Assembly (NCBI RefSeq): GCF_009914755.1
Contig: NC_060933.1
DNA length: 64,000 nucleotides
Reading direction: 5' to 3' (one strand)
Source: the human T2T-CHM13v2.0 reference genome, Homo sapiens
The notes beneath the pieces are model-generated. The model was not told the DNA's origin, did not search any database, and saw nothing but the letters and a program-made list of their open reading frames with translations. This document shows positions 1-17,150 of the stretch, in pieces. Both the position numbers and the translations under genes were made by a program. Each line of letters starts with the position of its first letter. Position 1 is the first letter of the stretch.

Positions 1-284
<284 letters not shown>

Positions 285-319
285 CTGCTTTGTATTTTTA
301 AAGGGTTATAACAAGAAGG

Positions 320-402
320 ACATGCAACAGAGACCAGGTGTGACCCACAAAACCAAAAGTGTTTACTATCTGCGTTTTACAGAAAACCTTTGCAGACTCC
401 TG
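320..402. mobile_element. MER58-like hAT fragment
   Basis: acagagacc...tttactatctg...tttacagaaaa..tttgcagactcctg resembles the MER58 end. Confidence 0.55.
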
Positions 403-1519
403 ACGTAGACAAATGCCTTATGATTTTATTCTGAATTAATATGACTCTTTCTACAAACAGTTGTCTTTAAATAATAAGATTTTACAATTATTGTGTTTTC
501 TTTAACTAGAGTGTGTACTTTCATCCTTTTCCTTACTTTTCAAACTTAGAGTTCCATTATTAGGTTATATATTGTAACTCAAGAGGGTGGGAATAAGTTC
601 AAGACACTACTTTCCTATATGCTTGGACTGGTGTGGAGTAATACTGCTTACGTCAAAGTCAGGCACTCACCACTGCTTCTTATAAGTACTGTTCTTGTTT
701 CACAAAACAAGCCCACATAGTAAAGGGAAGTGATGTCATAAGCATTGCCATTTGTAATTTAGGTGAAATTAGCTGACGATTGTAGTGAAATTTTTAATAT
801 TTAACTTCTAATATTGGAAATAATCAAATGTCTATTTTATCTCTTTCTATTCATAGAACATTCTGGAATGCAAATTTTTATCCTTATGTACCCTAACAGT
901 GTGTTATGTCCTGTTACTTTTTGTGTTGTTGTTAACATTAGAATTTAATCTTTAGTTATATATTTGACTAAAGTACCTAATACCAAAGAAAGTGTTACTA
1001 GAAAAGCAAATCTAGGTATTTCCACCCAGTCAGTATAAAAAAATACGTTTTTAAATACTCCCAAATATACAGACATCGCAACGCACAAAAACAGCTATAG
1101 GGTAGATATTTAACATATTTTAGATAAATGGTAGTACACAATTATATTTTCAGGTAGCATTTTTCACACTTCACAGCATATCCTAAATAAAATTTGGGCT
1201 ATGATTTCATTTATTTTAATTTAACCTCCACTTTAATTTTTTTCACTTATACTACATAATGCTAAAATGCATGCTTATTTCTTAGATGAGATTTCACAAA
1301 AGAAGCCAAACCTCTTTTCACTTGGTTGGGAAATAATTCCTGTTATAGGAATTTTAGATCTGAATTTTCCCCCGCAATTTCTTATTCTGAATTCCAGGTA
1401 TTATCTTAAATTTGATCAGTTCTAACCTTGCCCCTTCTCACCTCTCTAATGAATGGTGAAGCTCATCGCATCATACCGATGTCCATAAACAAGCGGGAGC
1501 AGCAGTCTTCATATAGTAA

Positions 1520-1751
<232 letters not shown>

Positions 1752-1914
1752 GTAAGGGCCATCCTAGGTCACTTTAGCTTGCCTGTTTTCAAAGTTGAAG
1801 AAAGCAAATGTAGACAGCTGGAAAAAGGCATTCCGTTCTCTTTTTCGTTGTTGTTATCTTTCGAGAGGGAATGAAATAGTCATAATTACTATGAGGATTA
1901 GAAAACTTCATCTT

Positions 1915-2268
<354 letters not shown>

Positions 2269-2728
2269 TTATGAATTTTACCTTAATATGATCCCGAGTT
2301 GCTCAGCTAATAGTTATAAAGCTCGCTTTTGCAACCACACACCCATCAGTTGGATGATATTTTTCCAGGCAGAGGAATTTGCCAGGTTACTATTCATCAG
2401 CCACCCAACCCCACATGTTCTGCAGAGAAAATAAAAAGTAATTTCTGCTAGAAAAGTTTGAATCATAAAGACGGATGAAGATGTGTGCAGAAGGACATAC
2501 TCAATGAAATATGGAGGTTAGACAAGAAAAACATTTAATTCAAATAAGTATTACAAGCACAGTTATGCTAGTTGTGCCATAATTTTACAAAGATTTTGGC
2601 TGAGAAGAATCATAGGGTCACACCTGGAAAAATAATATTTCTACATACAATTTGCCCCAGTACATTTGGTATTTACTTTCAGTGAATAAATAAATGCTAC
2701 AGATTTAAAAATTAAAAAGTGATAATCT

Positions 2729-3023
2729 GGCCCAGCGTGGTGGCTCACGCCTGTAATCCCAGCACTTCGGGAGGCCAAGGCGGGCGGATCACGAGGTCAG
2801 GAGATCGAGACCATCCTGGCTAACATGGTGAAACCCCATCTCTACTAAAAATGCAAAAAATTAGCCAGGCATGGTGGCGGGCGCCTGTAGTTCCAGCTAC
2901 TCGGCAGGCTGAGGCAGGAGAATGGCGTGAACCCGGGAGGCGGAGCTTGCAGTGAATGAGATCGTGCCACTGCACTCCAGACTGGGCAACAGAGCCAGAC
3001 TCTTCTCAAAAAAAAAAAAAAAA
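2729..3023 (+). mobile_element. Alu (AluY-like)
   Basis: Full-length dimer with poly(A) tail. Confidence 0.95.
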
Positions 3024-4297
3024 GTTATATCTGCATCTGGTAGAACTTTCAAAACCTGCCTTCTTCATGGAGTAAATTCAGTTAGTCAATTCTGTTTTAA
3101 ACATTAACTGTAAAATTATCCTCTCTGGCTAAACAGGTTTTAATTTATAACTCACAGTTAGTGACATACTAAAAAAACGCAATTACTACTAAATGAAAAG
3201 TTCATTCATATGGACTTTATTTATTCAGCATGGAATAATTTCCCCCTGTGAACATTCTGTTGATTTGTAGGAAAAATGAATTAATTCAAAGATGAGGAGT
3301 ATATGAAGTGTAAGAATTTGTCAAGTACCTCTCATTCTTGACCTTGAGATTTGAATTCTTGGCACACAGCTGGGACTGCATTTACATCTCAACACCAGCT
3401 CCAGAACCCCACTCTGTAGTCGTGGGAAGGGTAGTTGGGAAGGTTTCTGGCCATTTGCTCACTTAATATAATCCCAAGTTGCTCAGCTAACTAGCCAGGG
3501 AGCTCAGCTCTCTCTGAGTTAAGGGGTAATGTCCCATGGGCCCACACTGTGAGTGACAACAGCTGTCAGCTCAACTGTGATGCAAGTGTGATTTTCTTCA
3601 CTTGTATGACATTATTTTGATACCTTGTTAATTACTCACAAAATATGATCCATTTGCAGTGTTTCTGTTATGAGATATATATTGTGAGGCTGCCTCTTTT
3701 CAGAGATGATCCATTTTGCCTGCTTTGTGCATGTAGCTCCCAAAGTACAAAACTATTGTTTTTACTGTTATAGGCTGTTTTGTTTTAACCTTAAAGTCCC
3801 AAGAGTTACATTGGTGCCTAACTTGGTCTCTAAGATCCCACATTTTAAAAAGGCCTCCAAATTGTACCCCAAAGTTACTTGTAAACATGCTCAACTAAGC
3901 ATGTATGTGTGAGCCACACTTAAACTTCAGCCATGATGTGTACAATAATCATTGCAGATAAGGATTTTAAGAAAGCACTTTTAAATTATTTTCAAATAGG
4001 GCTACAAATAAAGGCTATTTACTATTTCATTCCCAAAGTCAGTAACGTAGAAGACTAGCTCCTCTGAGATTATTTTGAAAACCTGAATTTTATAAAGCAA
4101 TAAAATTAGAAAACTTTGGGGACACAAAATGACATCCTACAGAGTTAAAATTAAAGACCTTTGCTGTTCCCTTTACATAAAGTTTTGAAAACCTGAAAAT
4201 ACTGAAAATTCACTTTTAAGTATCCTGAAAACAGGCCTGTAAGCATCTATCAGCCTTTCTTTGTTGTTGTTAACAAACAAACAAACAAAAATCTAAT

Positions 4298-4660
4298 TGT
4301 ATTAGTCTGTTCTCATGCTGCTAATAAAGATATACCCAAGACTGGGTAATTATAAAGAAAAAAGGCTTAATGGATTCACAGTTCCACATGGCTGGGGAGG
4401 CCTCACAATGATAGCAGAAGGTGAAGGAGAAACAAGACACGTCTTATATGGCAGCACGCAAGAGAACCTGTGCAGGGAAACTCCCCTTTATAAAACCATC
4501 AGATCTCGTGAGACTTATTCACTATCATGAGAACAGCATGAGAAAGATCTGCCTGCATGATTCAGTTACCTCCCACAGGTTCCCTCCCATGACACGGTGG
4601 GAATTATGAGAACTACAATTCAAGATGAGATTTGGGTGGGGACACAGCCAAACCATATCA
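4298..4660 (-). mobile_element. THE1 (MaLR) solo LTR, THE1B-like
   Basis: tgtattagtctgttctcatgctgctaataaaga...gggacacagccaaaccatatca; TG..CA ends; 5-bp TSD ctaat/ctaac. Confidence 0.92.
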
Positions 4661-4765
4661 CTAACTCACAAAGTAGAAACATATGTTACTCAAATACCAG
4701 ACCTAAAAATCCTACTTAGGGACAGATAAGGGGTATGAAGTTATCTTTTTTAGTCAAAATTTTAA

Positions 4766-5139
<374 letters not shown>

Positions 5140-6512
5140 AGGATAGGTTTTAACTTCTTAATCACCTCTTACATCAGACTCCTATACTGTTTTAAGGTTT
5201 GCCCTGTATACCACATGGCAGAGCTTCCAGTGGAGTCCTGTGCTGCGTTCCAACTGGGGCTCCCTGAGCAGGGAGGCCTCCGTCACCTCCTCACCTGGCT
5301 GTGCTGACCAGGCTGCTGACCCCACTCTTGCCCTCCCTCTGCCATCTTCCCCTCTGTTGGTCTTCTGCATGCTAGCTACTTCCTCTATTATTTGTACTAC
5401 ATGTAAATTTTTCACAATTGATGTTGTGTTTAGTTGAAGAAAAATAGTGTATACATGTTGATAGTCTCTAGATCACTTAAATAGTTCTTATTTCCAAATA
5501 TTTTGAACTAAAATTATTCTCTCCCTGTTGATATCAAACAGCAGTGGTTTTTAATGTTTTTTAAAATTTGTGGAATCTTCAAGTCAGGTATGATCTTAAG
5601 ATGCTCCATTATATTAAGAAGGAAGGGGAGGAGGGGGAGAAGGATGTGGGGGAAGAGGAACAGCTGCTCTTTTAAAAATGGTATGAGGGTGGGCCCCCAC
5701 CCCAGCCAACCTTGCCTGTCGCTCCAGCTCCCCCTCTTCTGATCAGTTCACACAGGCTTTTCCATGCCTTGGCCTTTGAAATACTTGAAAAGTTGTGATT
5801 CTCATGGCCCCTAACTCTTCTCTGAATGCAGACTAAATGCTCATTAACACCATGTAATTATGGAAGTCTTGGCCCTGAGCTGGTGGTGCAGTGCTGGAGA
5901 GCCAGGATAGGGGGCTGGGGGCATGGGGAGGGTAGGGAATGCTGCGGATTCTTCCCAGCCCCTCAGGTTCCCCTCAAAGGATCTCTCCCGAGGCCAAATA
6001 CAGGCCCCTGGGGCTTTCTGTCAACTTCATACCCCAGTTCTCTGCTGGTCATCCTTCCACCACAGCCAGGAGGCCTGTCACAACCTCCCAGTCCCTCTTC
6101 TGTTACTTCTCTGGGTCCCATGGTGAGGGGCACTTGGGTGCTCCCCGCCTCTGCCGCTCCAGCATGGACTATGATGTCCCTCACGGCCTGGAAGGTCAGT
6201 GTCCTTTAGAATCTTCACTCTTTACCAGGTCCTTAGCTGTGTACTCAGCAGTGGGAGACAGCGGCCAGAGGCTGAGATCCAACCCTGCTCAAGGCAGAAG
6301 TGGGTCATGGTATTCAGGCCAGGCCTCCAGAAGATCACACTACCTCTTGGTGACACTCTGTGTCAGGTGCTGGTCAGTTTCCATAGTGTACCCTGCTCCC
6401 TGTTCCCCTAACAATCCTGAGAGGCAGGCATGCTAGGCCCCCAATATTATAGTGAGCGGCAGCAGATTCCAAGAATTCTGAAAGTGTGAGACCTCCAACT
6501 GTTCTTTTTCAA

Positions 6513-6660
6513 CATTGGCTGGTTCAGGGTCCCTTGAGGTTCCCTATGAATTTTAGGATGGATTATTGTTTTCTGCAAAAAAAGGCATTGAGATTTTAAT
6601 AAGAATTGTATTGAATTTGTGGATTGCTTTGGGTCATATTGACATATTACCAGTGTTAAG
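6513..6660 (-). mobile_element. Old L1 ORF2 fragment
   Basis: tatgaattttaggat...ggcattgagattttaataagaattgtattgaatttgtggattgctttggg matches L1M antisense. Confidence 0.75.
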
Positions 6661-7121
6661 ATTGCTTAAAAAGCAATAACCGACTGCTTATTGCAAATCT
6701 AAAAGGCGACAAGATGACCTAAATTAAATGTTCTTCAAAATTTCTGAACCTCTGTCACTATGTGACTGAAGCTGTTCCTGTTTCTTTCTTCTCCCCTCTG
6801 TATCTTCCTCCCTGTTTCCCCTTCTTTCTTTTAAAAATGACCACAATATAGTAACTGAGCATGCCATATTTCATAGTTTTATGTATGTAATTGGTTTTGC
6901 TAGCCACATGTCAAGTTATTGTGTCACTTGGGACAAAGAAAAAAAGAAATGTGTTGAAAATTCAGCTGTCACAGAAACCTAATAATCAGCTGCATGCTAA
7001 TGGATATATTTATCTAAAGTTTGTCAATATAATTAGAGAACCTTGATGGCAGACCCAGTAATCACGTCATGTAGGGTTATCTTGCGTATGCTGCTCTTTC
7101 ACATTAACCTGTTTTTGGTAA

Positions 7122-7418
<297 letters not shown>

Positions 7419-7879
7419 TAGTTTACTTTTAATCCACCTTATTTAATACAAGGGTGTTGAGACAGTGCACAGAAATACGTGGTACACATAGGATTGAAAA
7501 AAAGAAACTGGCAAGCAATGGGGAAATAAGTCTAGGAGAATCAGATATAGTAAAAGGTAGAAACTAAATTAAATTAAAAATGCATGATGTTAACAGCTTG
7601 TTCCATTACTTGAGTTGGACCATAATTTTAATTCTGAGAATCTTCTCAGTCAAAGAAAGGTGGAAAAACAACCCCTTGCCAGGCTGTCAATGTTACATTT
7701 AAGGTATTTAAAGATTTTTTAACAATCACTGGGATGATGCAATCATGGGATTGTACATGGCAAGATTTTTGAAGAGGTAATGGGATATCAGCTAGAAACT
7801 AGAGGACCTTTAAGATCTCTTACAATGACTGTGATTTTCTTTGGTGGTGGTGATGATGATTGTAAAGTGAATAATTGTA

Positions 7880-8270
7880 AAAGTATTAATGTATTGAGTA
7901 CTTATGTCAGCCCTCTGCTATTGCTTTGCATATATTAACTCATTTAACCCTAAAGCAGCTGGAAGAAAGTACTCTTATTATCTTCATTGCAGAGTTGAGG
8001 ACAGAAAGAGGTTAAGTAACTTGGCCCCCAGCTAGTTTGTGGGAAGATGAGGAGTTGAGCTAAGGAGGTTGGCTCCACAGCCTTGGCTCCAGGATGCCTG
8101 ATTGGTGGTCCATGCACCAGCAGCACCCACAGCCCCTGGGAACCTGTTGCAAGTAAAGACTCTCAGGCCTTACCCAAACCTACTAAATCAGAATCGCTGG
8201 AGATGGGGCCCCGAGTCTCTTGTAACCAACCTTCCTCATGCTTCTGGTAGACATTTAAGTGTAAGAACAA
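7880..8270. mobile_element. MIR fragment followed by MER5A-like fragment
   Basis: MIR core (attaactcatttaaccct...agaggttaagtaacttg), then gcagcacc...ctcaggccttacccaaacctactaaatcagaatc. Confidence 0.65.
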
Positions 8271-8823
8271 TGTCTAAGGGATGGCATATTCTAACACTTC
8301 TCAACTGCCTCTGCCATATTAAAAATCATCTGTCTTTACTGAAGAATCACCCTCTGTGAATTTCAAAGGCCATGCCGTTTTATTGACCTCTAACCTGTTA
8401 TAATTAGAACATCACAGAATCTGAAAAGCGTTTTTTTTCCTATTTGTTTTTAACTTTTAGAGTTTTCTTTCTGTATATCTCTACTGACGTTTCTGAGCAA
8501 CTTCTCCTCAGGAATATTTCGCCCATCCCTGGGTCTTCAAGGAAACAGAGATGCAAAGTCCTCAGTTCCACTTGCTCATCCTGAGTTCCTAATTGAAACT
8601 TTTAAGAACTCTTCCATGAGACATTTGATTTTCACAAAAGCCACAGGAGAAAGGCAGGCTGTGGAGTGTTAAAACCACACTTCATACATGCAATGAGAAT
8701 TCTGCGCTCCCAGTCCTGAGGTTCTGTAAAGGATCTGGGCAAAAGAGGAGACAGTCCAGGAGTGACTCTCACAGATTGAAGCATGAAGTATGATTTTTGT
8801 ACTAGAAGGGTCCCTGTTTATAA

Positions 8824-9301
<478 letters not shown>

Positions 9302-10760
9302 TAATCTTGTGTGTTACCTGGAAAATTTATATCTGCCACCACACTCAGCATTGTCTGATTGCATTTAATGTTGCAATTAATCAATGAGTTATATTAGTCC
9401 ATGGTTATTCACTGCAATCAAAATATAACTCTAAAAACTTCTGAGGGAAAATATCAGGAGATTGAAAAAGTATTTCAAGTGTCAGTCTCATCTAATAATT
9501 GACGGCTATAGGTAGAAATTTGCCAAGCCCACAGTCATTCACTGTGAGACTAGACTGCCACACCTAGTTGAATAGGTTATTTTGTATTTCTAATTGTATA
9601 ACATGTATCAATTATGTGCAACTAATTAATTGTATATAATTATTAATTGTATATAACTCATTGTATATAATTAATTATACAATTAAAATCAATTGTATTC
9701 AATTAATATATACTATACATTAATACATGTATACATTATCATTTAAAAAGCCAAACAGTTCACATAAAGCACAAGTTCTAGTCACTTTCCTCAATATTTG
9801 TCTCCATTCCAAACCTAGTCTGTGCCCTATATTTAAGTATTGTTATTAATTTGAGTGAATCCTACCAGACATATACAAATATATGTATCTATTTAAATCA
9901 ATATGCCATAAGTGGCACAAAAATAAAGATTAGCAATGTCCATCTCCTGCAGATATTAATTCCATACCTTGTACTTGGTAAAACATTTACTTGCACAAAT
10001 GAAAATATTCAATTATGCTAGAGTAAATTTACATTATATAGGGATATCTTTCAAAAAAGTTTCTCTCCTGTTTTGAATTTCAGCTGTCTTGAATTGTCAC
10101 TTGCAAAATACTTAGGGACGTTTCTTTTTTAAATCAGCTTTAATTATTTTTTAATGACGAGAAGTTGATAGCTTATAAATTCCATTTATCTCTTTAAAAT
10201 GCTCATTCATATTGTTTTAAAGGAAGCAAAGGGTATAACTGCCGCATAGCTTAAGAAAAACTTTACAGAATGCTTATGGGAAAACACCAGATTATTTAGG
10301 CCTTTTAATGTGCTTAGGTATTCAGTTATTACAGGGAGAATGAGGGTTTCTTCCTTAATTATAGAGTTTAATTCTGAGGTATATTTGCCATGAGTTTGAA
10401 AAGAACCATGCTTCAATAGCACGCAGAATTCAGATTCACAAAGTTTTCCTCTCGTATCTCTTCAAGTGTTTTACACTGTGCTTCAGAGTTTGCATGCTTT
10501 CTTGCCTAAAAGCAAAAGAAAACATTTATGTAGAGAAAGTACAGTCTCTAGACATTGCCAAAAGATTGTCTATTGAAGATAGTATCGCATTCCCACTGTA
10601 AGCACATCTTCATGTTTGAACACCAACACAATCTTTCCTTCTTCCTCAAAATAGAAATACACTGTGACCGAATATTTATTCAGCATCTAACAACATCCAA
10701 CATTTGAATGTATTTTGACTAGGTAATTTTTTTCTCCTTTGTTAATAAAAATAGATTTAA

Positions 10761-11123
<363 letters not shown>

Positions 11124-11527
11124 TAAAACATGCAGTTTGATAGTGTGTACTTGCTAAGTAGAAGCATTAAATATGTATTTATTAATTTTGTTGTCAACAA
11201 AATTTTCTTGTATTTCTTCTTTGCCTGGGTTGGATTATAGGCAAGATTCAATGCTCTGCCAAGGCATCTCTCTAGCTCCTACACTCCTCATAATACATCT
11301 GTTCATGTGCATCATGATAAAATACAAACCTCTGATTCGGTGATTTACATGTTTTCTGTATTTAGAAAAAACAGAGGTGTTTAAAAATGCTAAGAAATAA
11401 CATAGATATGTTAATGTTCTATGTGCATCTTAAATAATTTAGTGATTTTTATGTCATATAATTTTTTCATAACCAAAGAAACTTGATTATTTCTCGTGCT
11501 TTAGATATTAGAAATGAACACTGCTTG

Positions 11528-11898
<371 letters not shown>

Positions 11899-13095
11899 TT
11901 ACAGAAATTTGTTGTCACCTAGCTCTTCCAACTCTCTGCAAAGTGGAAATCTGGAATAAACTGTTCTCATTTATTGTGCTGACAAAAGGTTTCAAAAGTT
12001 TCATAAATTTGGACAATAACCAAATGGGTCAGCAAGCATCAAGGATAAAGAAACAAATAACTGAAATTACATGGGCATTTAAAGTGCCTTAGCAAAGATT
12101 GTCAAAAAATAGTAAAACTTTACAGGGGATGTTCAGAAGATTCAGAGCCACCTGCACAGCAATGTGCTGAAGATAAAGAAACACAGGCATTCTGCCATAA
12201 GATACCAATTACCTCCAAAATCCCGACTCAAACAATGAAAGCAAAGTGAGAAATCCCATAAAAATGGTCTTGGTGGATATCAAAAGACTCAACCAAAGTC
12301 ACAACCAGGAAGGACCTTGGTTGTCATCATTTTAAGATGAGGAAATCAAGGCTCAGAAAAGTTGGTTAGGGAAGTATCTACTGACAAAATCTAGCTAATG
12401 GTAGGGGAATCACTAAACTCTGGTCTCTTTTCTGCCCTAGAAAATGTCACCTTCTCTTTAGATGCCGCATTTCTCTATAGCCAGTAATAAATTCTCTAGT
12501 TGTACAAATCAAGCAATAATGATTATAAAATGTGCAATTTCAAACTACTCTAATAGCTTGAAATGTATATATCGTAATAACCTTCAAAAAGCAGTTGCTT
12601 CAGAGCTTGGAAGTCAGCACTCTATCTTAAGAACAAGTAAAAAGCCAGGCAAACTGAAAAATTAACCAATTTTTTTAGATCCAGCAGAGAAGTGAGGTCA
12701 CAGAACAAACCACTGCCCCTCAAAATTGGAGAGACAGGCAGGCTTATATACAGAATGACAGTTTTCTTCCACAAGCACTAACCTTTGGGGAAACCGTTGT
12801 CAAGGTAGGAAAACCTAAACTTAATTGACGAATTGTTGGATGTTCGATGTGGACACATCTGAGAGTTAAAAACTCCAGGAAGACCCAGACAGAGAAGGGT
12901 CCCCACACTTCTGTGAGTTTGACACCTAGCTTGACTGGGTTCTCACAGTGAATGTTGGAGAAAAATCTTCTCATGCTTCCAGAAAGGGAAGGTGAAAAGG
13001 AACCGTCTTGAAGTACACCAGAGCTTTCTGTTCTTCTTAACAAGGTCTTTCCTCAAGGGCAAATATTTCACCTAAGCTACTGGTGTTTTGTTTTC

Positions 13096-13126
<31 letters not shown>

Positions 13127-13401
13127 GTTTTCAGAGCCTAACCTGCCTGGAGGAAGGAAATTACCCACCTCTGGCCATCCTGTCCCATGTAAGGGTGGTG
13201 ATGGGAGGGAGGGCTGAGAAGCTCTTGTGAAGGTCACAGCCCAGAGGCACAGGCTCCCTAAAGGACTCAGACCTAATCACAGGACTACAGAACCTTTCCC
13301 CTTCCCACACATGTTACTTATAGTACTGCAGGCCTCTTTACAGCAGTTACAGTTACTTTTACCTGGTACATCACATCTGGTTATCAAGAAAAAATTTCAG
13401 C

Positions 13402-14135
<734 letters not shown>

Positions 14136-14683
14136 TTAAACAACTATAATTAATATGGAAAAAGCTGTAATGGGTAAAGTAGATAGCATGCAAGACCAGA
14201 TGAACAATGTAAGCAGCAAGATGGAAATTCTAAGAAGCAAAAAGGAGTGCTAGAGATCAAAAACAGCATAACAGAAATGAAGAATGCCTTTGATGGGCTT
14301 ATTAGTAGACCAGGCACAGCTTTGGAAAGAATCCCTAAGCTTAGAGATACCTCAATAGAAACTTGCAAAACTGAAAAGCAAAGAGAAAAAAAGACTGAAC
14401 CCCACCCCCTGCAAAAAGAAAACCCAGAACATAATATCTGAGTACAGTGGCACAACTACAAAAGGTGTAACATACGTGTAAAGAGAATTCTAGGAGAAGA
14501 AAGAAAGAAAGGAACAGAAGCATATTTGAAGAAATAATGACTGAGAATTCCCACAAATTAGTATCAGACACCAAACCACAAATCCAGGAAGTTTAGAGAA
14601 CACCAAAGAAGGAGAAATGCCCCCAAAACTCTACCAGGCATATATTTTCAAACTATAGAATTCAAAGATAAAAGTAAACTCCA

Positions 14684-14970
14684 TTTTGAGATGGAGTTTT
14701 ACTCTCGTTGCCCAGGCTGGAGTGCAATGGTACGATCTTGGCTCACCACAACTCCGCCTACTGGGTTCAGGTGATTCTCCTGCCTCAGCCTCCTGAGTAG
14801 CTGGGATTATGGGCATGTGACACCATGCCTGGCTAATTTTTGTATTTTTAGTACAGACAGGGTTTCTCCATGTTGGTCAGGCTGGTCTTCAACTCCCGAA
14901 CTCAGGTGATCCACCCACCTCAGCCTCCCAAAGTGCTGGGATTACAGGCATGAGCCACCATGCCCAGGCC
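14684..14970 (-). mobile_element. Alu (AluS-like)
   Basis: Reverse-complement dimer. Confidence 0.93.
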
Positions 14971-15324
14971 AGGTAAAAGTAAATTCTTAAAAATAATCAG
15001 AGGAAGAAAGCACCTTACCTACATAGGAGATAAGTATTACAGCATCTTCTCTTCAGAAATCATGCCAGCAAGAATGCAGTGAGATACTTAAAGTGTGAAA
15101 GAGAGAAAACAAAACAAAACAAAACCTTCTCCTTGAAAAGTGAAGAAATAAAGATTTTCTCAGACAAATGAAAGGGTCAGTTCTCTAAAAGAGATAACCT
15201 TAATATGTATGCTCCTGACAACAGAACACAGTGGATCTTATTTTCTTTTTTCTTCTGGGACATATAGGAATGGGTATACCAGATGCTGGGGATTTCATAT
15301 GATATACTGAGTAAATTTTAAGTG

Positions 15325-15980
<656 letters not shown>

Positions 15981-16190
15981 CTGTTAATTCCAATCAAAAT
16001 CATGAGTTAAATTAGCTTAATTTTCAAAGTTGGATATTTATTTGAGCAACAGGAGTGGAACAGGGATCAACGTGTTACAGTTACCCTCCTTCTGGGCTAG
16101 TGAGACAGCCTCCAGTGTGTTCTGACTCAGCCACACCTCTGAACCCCTTTCCACATTTAGCCACTGTTATAATTAATCTACTCAGGTCCA

Positions 16191-16302
16191 ATTCACTTGA
16201 GCCCAGGAGGTCGAGGCTGCAGTAAACTATGAAGGTGCCACTGCACTCCAAGCTGGGCAACAGAGGGAGACCCTATCTCTAATAAAAAAGAAAAAGAAAA
16301 AT
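16191..16302 (+). mobile_element. Partial Alu right arm (AluJ/FRAM-like)
   Basis: cacttgagcccaggaggtcgaggctgcagt...A tail. Confidence 0.8.
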
Positions 16303-16766
16303 ATAAGGGTTATATTAGATGCTCTTTAAGATCCTTTCCAGTTCCAATATGCTTATAATCAATTGAAATAAATTATGAGCAATTAGGGAAACCACAATGG
16401 TCTGTGTCCTTCTTTGGGTCTTTTACTACTGATATTATAAGGAGAAGTGAGTCAAGTGGAATTTTATAAACACAAATGCATATCCTATAATGTCCCTGGT
16501 TACTATTCTACTCTTCAGAAAAACAAGTTTTACAGATGTATTCTCAACAGTTCCCTTCTCAGTACTGAGGGCATTTCTGTGATTACATCTTAACCATGGG
16601 TGACTGCAAATCTATCATACTGCCCACCAGCCTATGTGAACTACTCCGGACCATCATTTCTCTCCCATTGTACAACAAATCATGAACACATGGCCAAAAA
16701 TGGCATGTGGTTGAGCATCTTCAATGCCCAACTTAGTGTTCCATAGGTTTTTCTATATTTGATTCA

Positions 16767-17150
<384 letters not shown>

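Noticed and set aside
4388-4401. PRDM9 hotspot motif in the THE1 LTR
   Set aside because: Minus strand reads CCTCCCCAGCCAT, not the CCTCCCTNNCCAC hot version.
5826-6436. 127-aa and 165-aa plus-strand ORFs
   Set aside because: No recognisable domain, overlapping open frames typical of GC-rich DNA, no retrocopy poly(A) or TSD.
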